Shown piece after piece: positions 1 to 9,347 of a stretch of 64,000 bases of DNA. Location of the stretch: the IMG/VR virus record IMGVR_UViG_3300047497_000260, positions 3,305 through 67,304 of that record. The stretch is one strand, 5' to 3'. Every line of letters starts with the position of its first letter. Position 1 is the first letter of the stretch. The DNA comes from a virus. The position numbers were made by a program, and so were the translations under genes. The notes under the pieces are model-generated. The model had not been told where the DNA came from, did not search any database, and worked only from the letters and a program-made list of their open reading frames with translations.

Positions 1-160
1 CGACCTCGAACGGCCGGTCGCCGAGCGCGAGCTCGACGACATAGATCGGCGCGCCGCAATCGGCGTAGCGGGCGAGAAACTCCTGGCGCAGGCGTTTGTG
101 CGCGGCGACACGGTTCGGGTTGAAATGCGTCACAATGATATGCAGCTGGCCGGCGTTCAT
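1..160 (-). CDS. Hypothetical protein, possibly glycosyltransferase-like (runs off the window edge)
   Basis: ATG at 160, own translation MNAGQLHIIVTHFNPNRVAAHKRLRQEFLARYADCGAPIYVVELALGDRPFEV. Confidence 0.5.
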   Translation of the reverse strand, partial: MNAGQLHIIVTHFNPNRVAAHKRLRQEFLARYADCGAPIYVVELALGDRPFEV

Positions 161-193
161 CGGGTTTCCCTGTGAGCGGTCTTTGGTTTCGGC

Positions 194-964
194 TCACGCC
201 GCCTCGGCCGCGTCGCCGAGCGCGTCGCGCCGGCAGGCCGCGACATGGGCGACATGGATCTGATGGAGCGCGGCGACGGCCGCCGCGCCGAACGCCGCGA
301 GAAGCGCCAGGCCGCCATGCGGCGCGGCCACCGGAACGGCGATCGCCACGGCGCCCGAAAGGACAGCGCGCCCGAACGCTGCGCTCGCCTTGTCGCCGGC
401 CTCGTGCGATGTGTCGGTCAGGTGATCGGCGAGCGTCGCCGCCTTGAGCTTCGCGCCGGCCGCATGGGCCATGACGATCGATTCCGCCTCGACGCCGGCG
501 ACCCGCCGCGCCCAGCCGGCGGCATAGAGCTTCCAGGTCCGCAGCGCCTCGAGGAACGACAGCCGCCGCTCGCTATAGGCATGGATCGTCGCGACCGGAT
601 CAGCCTCCGCGGCGAAGCCGCCGCGCCGCCAGCGCCCCAGCGCCGCGCCCGGGCCGGCGTTATAGGCGTCGTCGGCGACGCAATGGTCGACGCCGGGCGC
701 CAGCGCATCGGCGCCGATCGGCGTCCAGTAGCCGTCGACGAAAACCTTCAGCGCGTCGTCGATCGTGAGATCCAGGATGCGCTTGCCCGGAAACATCCGC
801 GCGCAGGTCATCGCCGAGACGCCGTATTTCGAGCCGATGAGATGGCCGATGCCGACCTTGCCGCCGGTCCAGTTGCCAGGATCGCGCGGATCCATCGACA
901 GCCTGTCGCGCCCTTCCCAGTTCATGGTCGCGAGAAACGAGGCTTTGCGGTTGGTCGCGGCCAT
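194..964 (-). CDS. Endolysin, glycoside hydrolase family 108-like, with hydrophobic C-terminal segments
   Basis: EG...DPRDPGNWTGG...GSKYGVSA N-terminus, GWARRVA motif, C-terminal TM-like stretches. Confidence 0.85.
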   Translation of the reverse strand: MAATNRKASFLATMNWEGRDRLSMDPRDPGNWTGGKVGIGHLIGSKYGVSAMTCARMFPGKRILDLTIDDALKVFVDGYWTPIGADALAPGVDHCVADDAYNAGPGAALGRWRRGGFAAEADPVATIHAYSERRLSFLEALRTWKLYAAGWARRVAGVEAESIVMAHAAGAKLKAATLADHLTDTSHEAGDKASAAFGRAVLSGAVAIAVPVAAPHGGLALLAAFGAAAVAALHQIHVAHVAACRRDALGDAAEAA

Positions 965-1009
965 GCGGCGCTCCTCGAGGAGAAGGCGAATTCATCGGGA
1001 AAGGGGCGG

Positions 1010-1426
1010 TCAGGTCGCCCCGGGCGGAATGAAGGCGCAATAGACGACGAGCGCCCTGCCCGTCGTCGTCGTGGCGATCTCCGGCGCGAAGGCGTCGCTC
1101 TCGCGATCGCTCTGGCCCGCCGCGCGATAGCAGAGATGCGCCGCATGGCCGTCCTCGTGCGGCGGATCGCCCGGAATCGGCAGGAAGGTGATCCGCTCCT
1201 GCGGCACCCTGACCCAGTCGTTCTCGCGGGTCAGGAATTCGAACGCCCCGGCCGCCTCGCGATAGACGGTCAGCGCGCAATCATCCGCGCCGCAGCAGAG
1301 CTGGCCATCCCGGCCATGGACGCCGGTATAGATTTCATGCGGGAGCGCCCTGAGGATGGGCGCGCCGAAATAGCTGAGGCCGAGCCCCAGCGCGAAGATC
1401 ATCGCGAGCTCGGCGAGGCGCCTCAC
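1010..1426 (-). CDS. Small exported Cys-containing phage protein
   Basis: GTG start overlaps the upstream stop (GTGA); hydrophobic N-terminus, CCGADDC ... YCAFIPPG. Confidence 0.6.
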   Translation of the reverse strand: MRRLAELAMIFALGLGLSYFGAPILRALPHEIYTGVHGRDGQLCCGADDCALTVYREAAGAFEFLTRENDWVRVPQERITFLPIPGDPPHEDGHAAHLCYRAAGQSDRESDAFAPEIATTTTGRALVVYCAFIPPGAT

Positions 1427-1794
1427 AAGCCGCCCTCGTGCGGAATGGGGCCCTTCGCGACCGTCTCCATCATCTCGAGGAGCTCGTGCGGGACCGTCAT
1501 CGGCGTGCAGGCCTTGTCGCCGTCGATGAAGAACACGAGGCCGCCGGAATTCCCCTCGACCTGGGCCAGCGCGGCCTTGTCGCCGAACGGCAGGCCGGGC
1601 GCCGTCTCCGGATTGACGACATAGACGCCGCGCAGGAACTGCCATTGATCGGGCGTCAGATCGGTCCATTTGCCGCCATGCTCGGCGACCGCGCCCTTCG
1701 GCACGGCGATGTCGATGCAGCGTCCAGGCGCTGCCGCCTCGGCCGGTCCAGCAATAGCAAGCGCAAGCGCGCCGAGGGCCGCGAGACGGATCAT
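1423..1794 (-). CDS. Exported hypothetical protein
   Basis: Signal peptide MIRLAALGALALAIAGPAEA; GGAGGA RBS. Confidence 0.7.
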   Translation of the reverse strand: MIRLAALGALALAIAGPAEAAAPGRCIDIAVPKGAVAEHGGKWTDLTPDQWQFLRGVYVVNPETAPGLPFGDKAALAQVEGNSGGLVFFIDGDKACTPMTVPHELLEMMETVAKGPIPHEGGL

Positions 1795-1803
1795 GATGTC
1801 CTC

Positions 1804-4158
1804 CTAAAGCGTCGGCCGGATGGGCAGGATCGAGAAGAACCCGACGGCCAGCGTCAGTTCCGAGCCGTCGACGTCGGCGAGCCTGAGCTGGCTCAGCCAT
1901 TTGCCGACCGGGATCGCCGCCGTGTCGAGCTGCGCGAGCGACACGGCGACCGTCCAGGCCCCGAGATTGCTCAAAACCGGGGCGAGCCCCTGCTTGATCA
2001 GGAGATCGGGCCCGACCGCATAATCCTTGGTGACGACGAAGCTGCAGGTCGGCGAAATGAAGGTCGGGTTGGTCTTGCCCGGTCCATAGATCGCGTAGTT
2101 CAGCGTCAGCGTGTCGCCCTGCCGCATCGAAACGTTCTGCCCGACCGCGGTCATCCCATATCCTCCGCGCAGGTTCTGGGCCGCGATCGCCTCGCCCAGC
2201 AGCTGGACGCCGCGGACCGTGACCGGCGTGTCGACGATGACCGGCAGGAAAGCGCCGGGCGCGAGCAGCGCGAGGACGCCCTGAAGGCCGCCGGGCAGGT
2301 TCTGGACGAGCGGGCCCGCGGCGGCGCCCGCGCCGATCCCGGCGAGAACGTCGGTGATGTTGGTCGAGGTGTTGGCGGTGAGGACGCCGGCGAAAATCGC
2401 CGATCCCGGGCCGCTGAGCGCCGGCATCGTCTGCGCGAGCGCGCCAACCGCCGTCGCCGCGGCCGCGCCGGGCAATGCCACGACAATGCCGGAAAAGAGC
2501 GCCCCGGCGACCCCGAGCGCCGCCGCGCTTGCCAGCGCCGGCTGGTCGAGGCTGGTCAACGCGCCAGGCGCGGCGGCAGCGCCGGCCCCCGTCATGGCGT
2601 CCGCGCCGGCCGGCGCGAGGGCGCCTGCCCCCAGGGAAGCCGCCGCGCTCTGAAATATCTCGTTGCCCGGCGTCGAGATCGGCTGCGCCGCAGCGCTCGC
2701 CGCCGCGCCGCTCATCGCGTCGCTTGCCGTTTTAGCGAAAGACGCCGCGTTCGCGGCCGCGCCGGGCCCGGTCAGGATCGGCAGGTCGTCGCCGACGAGC
2801 AGCCCCGCCGCCGCCGATACGCCAGCCCCGGCCGGAAAGTCACCGATCGCGTTGGTCAGCGCGCCGGCCGTCGCGGCGGCCGCTGCGCCGATCGGCGTCA
2901 GCGCCGCGACCGGCAAAGGCGTTCCGGCCGTCGCCGCCGCGTTCGCCCCGTTGAGCGCGACGCCGCTCTGAACGGCGGTCCCGATCGCGCCGGCGGCGGC
3001 CGAGCCTGGCGCGCTGGCGAGCGCCTGCGTGGCGCCGAGCCCGGCGGAAAGAATTCCGGCGCCCGCCGCGCCGGAAGCCGAGGCGACCGTGAAGGCCGCC
3101 GTCCCGATCGGCGCTGAGGCGCCGGAGGCGAGATTGATCCCGCTCAAGGCCGGATTGTCGACCGCGCCGAGCGTCCCGTCGGACGCGGTCATAGTCGTGG
3201 CGAGGCTCGGCAGCACGACGACCGAAGTGTCGGCGCCGTAGGCCGAGGCCGTCCCCGACGCGCCCGCGAGTGGGACAGCGATTGACGAAAGAACGCCGGC
3301 CGCCGCGCTGGGCGCGCCAGCCCCGAGCAGCGAAACCGAGCCGCCTGAATTGACGGCGAAAGTCCCGGCGCTCGTCGCCGCATTGGCGCCGGCCGGGAAA
3401 TCGACGATTGCCGGCGCGAAGGATCCGCAAACGCTGGTCGCCGAGGCGCTGGCCAGGGCGTCGGCGGCCGGCGCGGCAAGCGCCTGGGCATCGCCCGTAG
3501 CGGCCACGCCGGCGATCGCCGTAGCATTGCCGGCGGCAACGGCCCCGGCCGATCCCGAAGCGCCCGCGCCGGCGAGCGCGGCGCGCGCCTGTTCCGCAAA
3601 GACGCCTGCGCTCGACGCGGCCCCTGCCCCGGCAAGCGCCTGGCTGTTACTGCCGCCCGTCGCCAGCGCGCCAGGCGACGCGGTCGCCCCGGCCCCTGAT
3701 GTCGCGGCCTGTCCGCCGATCGCGAGTGCGCCTGGCGCGGCCGAGGCGTTGGCCCCGGCGATCGCCGGAGCGTCGAGCGACGCGATCGCGCCGGGCGCGG
3801 AGGCCGCGGAAGCGCCAGCCAGCGCGACGCCCTCAGAGCCGGCGAAGGCGGCAGCCGCGCCCGTCGCGCCGAAGCCCGCGAGCGCCGGCGATTCGGAAAT
3901 CTGATAGCCGAAGAGATAGGCGCCCGCCGAGGTCCCCGCCCCGCTCAGCGCGAGGCTCTCATCGACCCTGAGGCTGAGCGCCCCCGCGCCCGAGGCGAGG
4001 GAGACGCCGCCGATCGTCACCCCGCCGACGGGGATGAGCGCACCGGCGGCCGAGGCGACGCCGACGCCCGTCAGCGTCGCATGGACATTCGGAACAACGC
4101 GAAAAACCTTGGTCTTTCGCCACTGCCGCGCCCAGGGCCGGCGAAAGACATAGGCCAT
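1804..4158 (-). CDS. Ala/Gly-rich ~20-22-aa repeat virion fibre/scaffold protein with a C-terminal BppU/Ig-like domain
   Basis: Many [A/L]xGAxAxAxxG repeats; C-terminal QNVSMRQGDTL domain; N-terminal MAYVFRRPWARQWR. Confidence 0.65.
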   Translation of the reverse strand: MAYVFRRPWARQWRKTKVFRVVPNVHATLTGVGVASAAGALIPVGGVTIGGVSLASGAGALSLRVDESLALSGAGTSAGAYLFGYQISESPALAGFGATGAAAAFAGSEGVALAGASAASAPGAIASLDAPAIAGANASAAPGALAIGGQAATSGAGATASPGALATGGSNSQALAGAGAASSAGVFAEQARAALAGAGASGSAGAVAAGNATAIAGVAATGDAQALAAPAADALASASATSVCGSFAPAIVDFPAGANAATSAGTFAVNSGGSVSLLGAGAPSAAAGVLSSIAVPLAGASGTASAYGADTSVVVLPSLATTMTASDGTLGAVDNPALSGINLASGASAPIGTAAFTVASASGAAGAGILSAGLGATQALASAPGSAAAGAIGTAVQSGVALNGANAAATAGTPLPVAALTPIGAAAAATAGALTNAIGDFPAGAGVSAAAGLLVGDDLPILTGPGAAANAASFAKTASDAMSGAAASAAAQPISTPGNEIFQSAAASLGAGALAPAGADAMTGAGAAAAPGALTSLDQPALASAAALGVAGALFSGIVVALPGAAAATAVGALAQTMPALSGPGSAIFAGVLTANTSTNITDVLAGIGAGAAAGPLVQNLPGGLQGVLALLAPGAFLPVIVDTPVTVRGVQLLGEAIAAQNLRGGYGMTAVGQNVSMRQGDTLTLNYAIYGPGKTNPTFISPTCSFVVTKDYAVGPDLLIKQGLAPVLSNLGAWTVAVSLAQLDTAAIPVGKWLSQLRLADVDGSELTLAVGFFSILPIRPTL

Positions 4159-4170
4159 GGAGGAAGGGCC

Positions 4171-4644
4171 TTACGGGACGAGCTGATATTTGAAATAGCC
4201 GCTGACCGTCACCGCGGCCGAAAGGACCGCCGGCAGATCGAGAATGAGGCAGCTGGACGCGGCGCAATCCTCCCGATCCTCCGGCGCCGGCAGGTGATCG
4301 AACGGCAGCGCCGTGTCCCAATTGAACCCGGCGAGAGTCGTGAAGGCGCCCGTCGTCGTGGCCTGCGTCGTGTCGTTGATATGCGCCGTCACGTTCGCCG
4401 CCGCCGCATCGTTCTGGCTGACGGGCGGCGGCGTTACGACGGTTCCCCCGGAGCCCTGGGTGACGGTGGCCGTGCCGCGCTTCAGGCGCATGCGCAGGGC
4501 GGATTCCGCCGATACGGCCGCTTCGAGGTGAATGTGGTGGATGATGATGCCGCCGGCCGCGCCGGCGACCAGCGAGAAGACGTCTTGAACCGCCGTGCCG
4601 ATCGAAACGTTCTCGATCGGCACGGTATAGACGCGCGAACCCAT
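4171..4644 (-). CDS. Hypothetical virion protein (beta-rich)
   Basis: CAGGAGA RBS, tight operon packing. Confidence 0.65.
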   Translation of the reverse strand: MGSRVYTVPIENVSIGTAVQDVFSLVAGAAGGIIIHHIHLEAAVSAESALRMRLKRGTATVTQGSGGTVVTPPPVSQNDAAAANVTAHINDTTQATTTGAFTTLAGFNWDTALPFDHLPAPEDREDCAASSCLILDLPAVLSAAVTVSGYFKYQLVP

Positions 4645-4646
4645 GT

Positions 4647-5417
4647 CTATCTCCTGAGGTAGCTCTTGAGCGGGCTATATTTCGGGCTTGCCGACGCTGG
4701 GGCCTGCAGGCCCCAGACGGCCATCATCCAGTTGGCGACCGTCGTCCCGTAGGTCACCGAGACGCTCGCCTGCGCGCTCGAGAAAATCTCGCGGTCGCCC
4801 TGGATCGCGCCGCCGAGGAAGTTCGGCGTTCCGGAGAAGCCGTTCGAATCGGCGATCAGCGTAAAGCCCGACGGCTCGGTGAACGGGACCGAGGCCGCGT
4901 TGCCGGGCGTGACGAAGGACGACAAAAGGAGGCCGCTCGACGCATTGGTCGATATGCCGCTGACCGCCGGCGCGCTCGCCGTCGCGGTGAGGTTCTTGGC
5001 GACCGCCGGCAGCGAGCTGTTGCCGTCGAACGGATTGGACGTGTTGAGGCCGTTCACCGCGAAGACGATGATCGCCGCCGAATGCGCGGCGTCGCCGCTC
5101 GTCGGCGTCGAGACCAGCGTCGCCGTGAAGGCCGCGGCGCTGACCGGCGTCGGCGCGTGAACCCACCAGAGCTCGAGGTCGCCGAAATCGAAGTTCGACG
5201 TCCGCCCCTGGATCGCGCCGCCAGGCGCGGCCGACAGGCTATAGCCGCCGCCGCTGACGGCGCTGACGTCGAATTGCGATGTTCCGTCCGAAATCTGGAC
5301 CAGCGCGAAGATGATCGAATCGTTCAGCGAATTGGTGAAGGCGGCGCTCGCCACCGTGTTGGCGGCCGCGCCGCTGATCAAACCCGAGACCGGCGTCCCG
5401 TCCATCGCAATGGTCAT
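4647..5417 (-). CDS. Ser/Thr/Ala-rich putative fibre-tip/virion protein
   Basis: Beta-rich composition, basic C-terminal tail SPKYSPLKSYLRR, operon position. Confidence 0.6.
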   Translation of the reverse strand: MTIAMDGTPVSGLISGAAANTVASAAFTNSLNDSIIFALVQISDGTSQFDVSAVSGGGYSLSAAPGGAIQGRTSNFDFGDLELWWVHAPTPVSAAAFTATLVSTPTSGDAAHSAAIIVFAVNGLNTSNPFDGNSSLPAVAKNLTATASAPAVSGISTNASSGLLLSSFVTPGNAASVPFTEPSGFTLIADSNGFSGTPNFLGGAIQGDREIFSSAQASVSVTYGTTVANWMMAVWGLQAPASASPKYSPLKSYLRR

Positions 5418-5430
5418 CGGTTCGCCTTGC

Positions 5431-7686
5431 TCAAACGGGATGCGGCAGCGGGTTCGCGATGCGACTGGTGAGGTCGTTCACGAGCTTGTTGGTGACTTCG
5501 ATATTGGCGTAGCGAACCTTGCGGGTTTGGGGATGCGCTTCCGGAGCCCCGCTATAGATCCCGAACTTGAAATAGATCGCCTGCTTGCCATGCGGGAACA
5601 GCGAGCCGCTCAGATTGACGACCTGCGTCCCGTTGATCCAGACTTTGAGATTATCCGCCGTGCCGCTCGCCGAAACGTTCTGCTCGAAGAAAACGTCGTT
5701 CCACGCCCCGCGCGTGATCGGCGAAGGCGCGAGATAGACGTTGACGTTGTTCGACGCGCCGTCCGTATCGATCGAAATGTGATCGTTGTTGAGATTCAGC
5801 GCGACCGACGCCGGCGGATAGGCGGCGTTCACATAGTGCCACTGCCCGCGCGTGTTCCAATCGCCGTTGTTGAGCGTGTAGCCTGTCCCAGGCTCTTCCA
5901 GAAACGCGTAGCTTCCCTGGACCGTGGTGCCCGCCGGCCATGTCACGCCGTAAGAGCCGTCGCACTCCATGCGCTCGGCGCCGGTTATATTGTCGCAGTC
6001 GCCTTCGCGAACCTCGAACCGATAGACGTTCTTGCCCGACACGCTGTCGACATAATGGCCGAACGAATAGCCTTCCCAGCATCCCTGGGTCGCATATTTG
6101 TTGCCGGTCGAATCCTGATATTGCGTCGAGCCGCCGAGCGGCCCCCCATAGGACCCGTCGCCGGCCCCGGTATAGTCCATCGTGAAGACCTTGCCGTCAT
6201 AGGCGGTCATGGTCGCGGGCGGGTTGACGACGCCGGCCCAATTGCTCTGGTTGGTCGAAAGCGCCTGGCGCTGCGCGGAGGTCTGCGTCGCGGAGAAGAG
6301 CAGGATTTCCGCCCAGTCGCCATTGAGGTTCGAGCCTCCGGCGGAATCCATCCCGACATAGAGCCCGACCGGATTGGCGTAGCTTATGTTCGAGCCGTCC
6401 GCCCCGTCGAAGAACTCGGTGTTGTTGTAGTAGATTGTCCTCTGCGACGTGTTGAAATCATATTGGAAGAGATATTTCGAATAGGCCGCGCCGAACCCGT
6501 CGAAATCATTGTTGCCGTCCTGCGACATGACGTGCAGGTTGAGATAGGAGCAGTCGAAAATCGACGCCAGGAGCCAGGGATGCTGCGGCGTCGGGAAGCT
6601 CGCGAAGCCCGCGTCCGTATTGGCGGTCAGGGGATAGCCGATGATCCAGCGCCGCGGCGTGTAGTTGCCGGCATTGATGAAATTGTTCTGGCTGCACAAA
6701 ATGAAGCCGTGGACGATCGCCGTCTTGAAGGACGGATCGTCGGCCGCATACATTCCCGTCGTCGCGGTGCTCGATCCAAAGCCCAGCGCCGCGCCGCGCA
6801 GCACGCATTTGCCGCCTGGGCTGCCGCCGACCACGATATAAAATTGGTTCGCAGCGGTCGGCTGGATGAGGTCGACGCCGGGAAAAAGCTGGTTATACCA
6901 TCGCGCCACATAGCCGGTCGCCGACCCGAGGAACGCCGCCAGCGCGACGGTGTCGAGATCGTCTCCCGCCGCGTTGAAGCCGATGTCCTGAAAGGCCCCT
7001 GTGCTCCCGTTCCGCACATTGACAGCGGGCCCGGAATAAGCGGCCTTCAGCCTCCTTAGCGAAAAGCCGGCGGTCGGAGAGCCGGTGAAGGAGAGGTTGT
7101 CGAGCGGCCCCCCGGTGCTCGCCGATGCGCCGAGCGCCCCCACCGCCGTCGTGACGCCGGCCCCGCCCAGCGCGTGCGTCTCGCTGCCCGACGCGCCTGG
7201 CGCGGCTGCCGCGCCGATGAGGCCGACGCCCACGAGCAGCGGCGCGGCGACGGCCCCGAAGGTCGCCGCCACGGCCGTCATGACCGTGGAACTGAGGGCC
7301 TGGGCGAGAATCTGCCCCTGCGGGAAGGCGCCGTAGCTTTGCGTCGCGATCGAGAAGCCGTGCGTGCGGATGAGCGTGCCGGCGCCCGTCTGCAGATAGG
7401 CCCCGACGAGCGTCGGATTCTCCAGGTTGGTCGACGCGCCGAGCGACCCCGCCGCCGCCGTCGCAGCGGCGCCCTGCGCGGGCTCGGCGCCCTGGACGCC
7501 GATCGTGATCGCGCCGGCGGCGATTCCCGCCGAAGCGCCGGTCAGCGCCGGCGCCTCACCCGTCGAGAGCCCGAACGCGCCGGCGCTCATCGTCGCGGCC
7601 GCGCTCGCGACCTGTCGCGGCGCGCCCAACCCGAGGGTGCGCCTGCGCCATTGTCGCAGCCATGGCGGCCGGAAGACGTAAGCCAC
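5431..7686 (-). CDS. Multidomain fibre protein: Ala/Gly repeats + ConA/LamG-like domain + polysaccharide-lyase-like C-terminus
   Basis: FSLRRLKAAYSGPAVNVR...GYVARWYNQ motif; YRFEVREGD...ERME...GQWH...YFKFGIY lyase-like motifs. Confidence 0.7.
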   Translation of the reverse strand: MAYVFRPPWLRQWRRRTLGLGAPRQVASAAATMSAGAFGLSTGEAPALTGASAGIAAGAITIGVQGAEPAQGAAATAAAGSLGASTNLENPTLVGAYLQTGAGTLIRTHGFSIATQSYGAFPQGQILAQALSSTVMTAVAATFGAVAAPLLVGVGLIGAAAAPGASGSETHALGGAGVTTAVGALGASASTGGPLDNLSFTGSPTAGFSLRRLKAAYSGPAVNVRNGSTGAFQDIGFNAAGDDLDTVALAAFLGSATGYVARWYNQLFPGVDLIQPTAANQFYIVVGGSPGGKCVLRGAALGFGSSTATTGMYAADDPSFKTAIVHGFILCSQNNFINAGNYTPRRWIIGYPLTANTDAGFASFPTPQHPWLLASIFDCSYLNLHVMSQDGNNDFDGFGAAYSKYLFQYDFNTSQRTIYYNNTEFFDGADGSNISYANPVGLYVGMDSAGGSNLNGDWAEILLFSATQTSAQRQALSTNQSNWAGVVNPPATMTAYDGKVFTMDYTGAGDGSYGGPLGGSTQYQDSTGNKYATQGCWEGYSFGHYVDSVSGKNVYRFEVREGDCDNITGAERMECDGSYGVTWPAGTTVQGSYAFLEEPGTGYTLNNGDWNTRGQWHYVNAAYPPASVALNLNNDHISIDTDGASNNVNVYLAPSPITRGAWNDVFFEQNVSASGTADNLKVWINGTQVVNLSGSLFPHGKQAIYFKFGIYSGAPEAHPQTRKVRYANIEVTNKLVNDLTSRIANPLPHPV

Positions 7687-7709
7687 GGAACGTCCTCAGG
7701 CGCGAGGCG

Positions 7710-8459
7710 CTAGTTGATGCGGATGAGGCCCGTCGTGCCGTCCTGGGTCGGCACCGTCAGGGTCAGCGTGCCGGCGGTGACCGACTGGGTGCCCCCGAAA
7801 TCATGGACCGAGACCGCGCGGCCGTTGAGCGGCGTCGCCGCCGCGCCGAGCCGCGTCGAATTGTTGTAGATCACGGCCGCGGTGACCGAGAGCGTCGCGC
7901 CGGTCCACTGGATCGTGTTGGTGAAGGAGATCGCCGCCGAGGTCGTCGGATTGGTCGAGACCGGCGAGGCGTTGGTCAGCGCGATGCCGCCCGACGTATA
8001 GCCGGTGCCCGAGGCCTCGTCGGTTCCGACATTGGCCGCCGTCGGCGAGCCGCTGCCGGGCGTTCCGACATTGGTCTGCGTCCCGTCGAAGGTGCGGGCC
8101 GGCGAGGATTTGATCAGGAGCAGCTTGAACGCGTCGGCGGTGAAGGTGATCGCCGAGCAGGCGCCCGTCGTGGCCTGGCTCAGGATCACCGAGGTCGCCG
8201 AGACGATTTGCGCGACGAAAGTATTGGCGGGCACGTTGGTGCCGGTCGCCGCCATGCCGATCGCCAGGCCCGCGGTCGAGGAAAGGCCGGTGACCGTGGC
8301 CGTGGTGTTGGCCGTGCAGGACAGCGAGGATTGCGTGACGAGGCACGAATGGCCGGCCTCGAGGATCTCCGCCTTGAACGTGGTGCAGATGGCCGTCGTG
8401 GCCAGAAGGACGCTGGCGAAGAACGACTTCGCATACAGCTTTTCCCGAAGCTTGAACAT
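7710..8459 (-). CDS. Conserved phage fibre/filament subunit
   Basis: AICTTFKAEIL...FKLLL...EASGTGYTSGG...AAVIYN...DFGG pattern of a widespread small virion protein family. Confidence 0.7.
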   Translation of the reverse strand: MFKLREKLYAKSFFASVLLATTAICTTFKAEILEAGHSCLVTQSSLSCTANTTATVTGLSSTAGLAIGMAATGTNVPANTFVAQIVSATSVILSQATTGACSAITFTADAFKLLLIKSSPARTFDGTQTNVGTPGSGSPTAANVGTDEASGTGYTSGGIALTNASPVSTNPTTSAAISFTNTIQWTGATLSVTAAVIYNNSTRLGAAATPLNGRAVSVHDFGGTQSVTAGTLTLTVPTQDGTTGLIRIN

Positions 8460-8532
8460 CGAGCGCTCCTATCGAGTGATGGTTGGGTTTGAGAGGCGCG
8501 CCGGCGGTTCGCTTGGGCGCCGCGTGGCGGGG

Positions 8533-9144
8533 TCAGGCCTTGAGGTTTGTCGCGTGCTCGTGAATGGCCTGGCGATAGGCCTCGGGCGTCGGACCGTCGT
8601 GAATGTCCTTCCAGCGCCTGACGTGCTCGTTCTCGGGATCGTGGCCGGGATGGCCGGTGAGCGCTGTCCCATGGCCGACCATGCCGTGCCGCGCGAACCA
8701 GTCGCGGTGCATGTGCTGCGAGACCTTGATCCACTTGCCGACCGCGGTCTCGACGTTGCGCCTGACTTCCGTCGCGGCCTTCGAGGGCGACGCGCCGGCG
8801 TTGCGGGCGAGCTCGCCGACCGCGCCGTCCATGCCGAACCATTTGCCGATCGGCGAAGCGCCGATCGCCGCGAGAATGTCGTTGATCGCCTTGCCGTGGA
8901 TCTCCGGATGCGGATCGAACGACAGCGCCAGGAGCTCGTGGCCCATATTGTCGTTCTCTTCGACCGCGAGCGCCCGGAAATGCGCTTCCATGATCTCGAC
9001 GATCTTGTTCTCGAGCTTGCGCCCCTCGATCGCCTGCTCGCCGGCGGCGTCGGCGCCGATCTGGACGATGTCCTGGGCGCAGGCGATCGCCAGCTTCTCG
9101 TCGGAATGCTTGCCGTGGTTGGTGATCAATGCGCTCATTCGCAT
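8533..9144 (-). CDS. Hypothetical protein
   Basis: GAGGA RBS, typical codon usage. Confidence 0.6.
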   Translation of the reverse strand: MRMSALITNHGKHSDEKLAIACAQDIVQIGADAAGEQAIEGRKLENKIVEIMEAHFRALAVEENDNMGHELLALSFDPHPEIHGKAINDILAAIGASPIGKWFGMDGAVGELARNAGASPSKAATEVRRNVETAVGKWIKVSQHMHRDWFARHGMVGHGTALTGHPGHDPENEHVRRWKDIHDGPTPEAYRQAIHEHATNLKA

Positions 9145-9207
9145 GGGAAGGTCCTCTGGGCTTTGGGGATGAGGGACGACGATCGCCGCTTCCGCGGCGC
9201 GGAGACG

Positions 9208-9230
9208 AAAAAGCCGCCTTGCGGGCGGCC
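9208..9230 (-). terminator. Intrinsic terminator
   Basis: Minus strand GCCGCC-CGCAA-GGCGGC followed by TTTTT. Confidence 0.7.
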
Positions 9231-9232
9231 TT

Positions 9233-9275
9233 GGCTTTCTGGATTTCTGGCTTTCTGGATTTCTGGCTTTCTGGA
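9233..9275. repeat. Tandem octamer array GG(C/A)TTTCT x5
   Basis: ggctttct ggatttct ggctttct ggatttct ggctttct gga. Confidence 0.95.
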
Positions 9276-9347
9276 GCGAGGCCCGGCGCTACTTCCGGAG
9301 TGCTCGGCCCGGGCCGGTCAGCAACACGTCCGTCGTCCTCGCGACGC

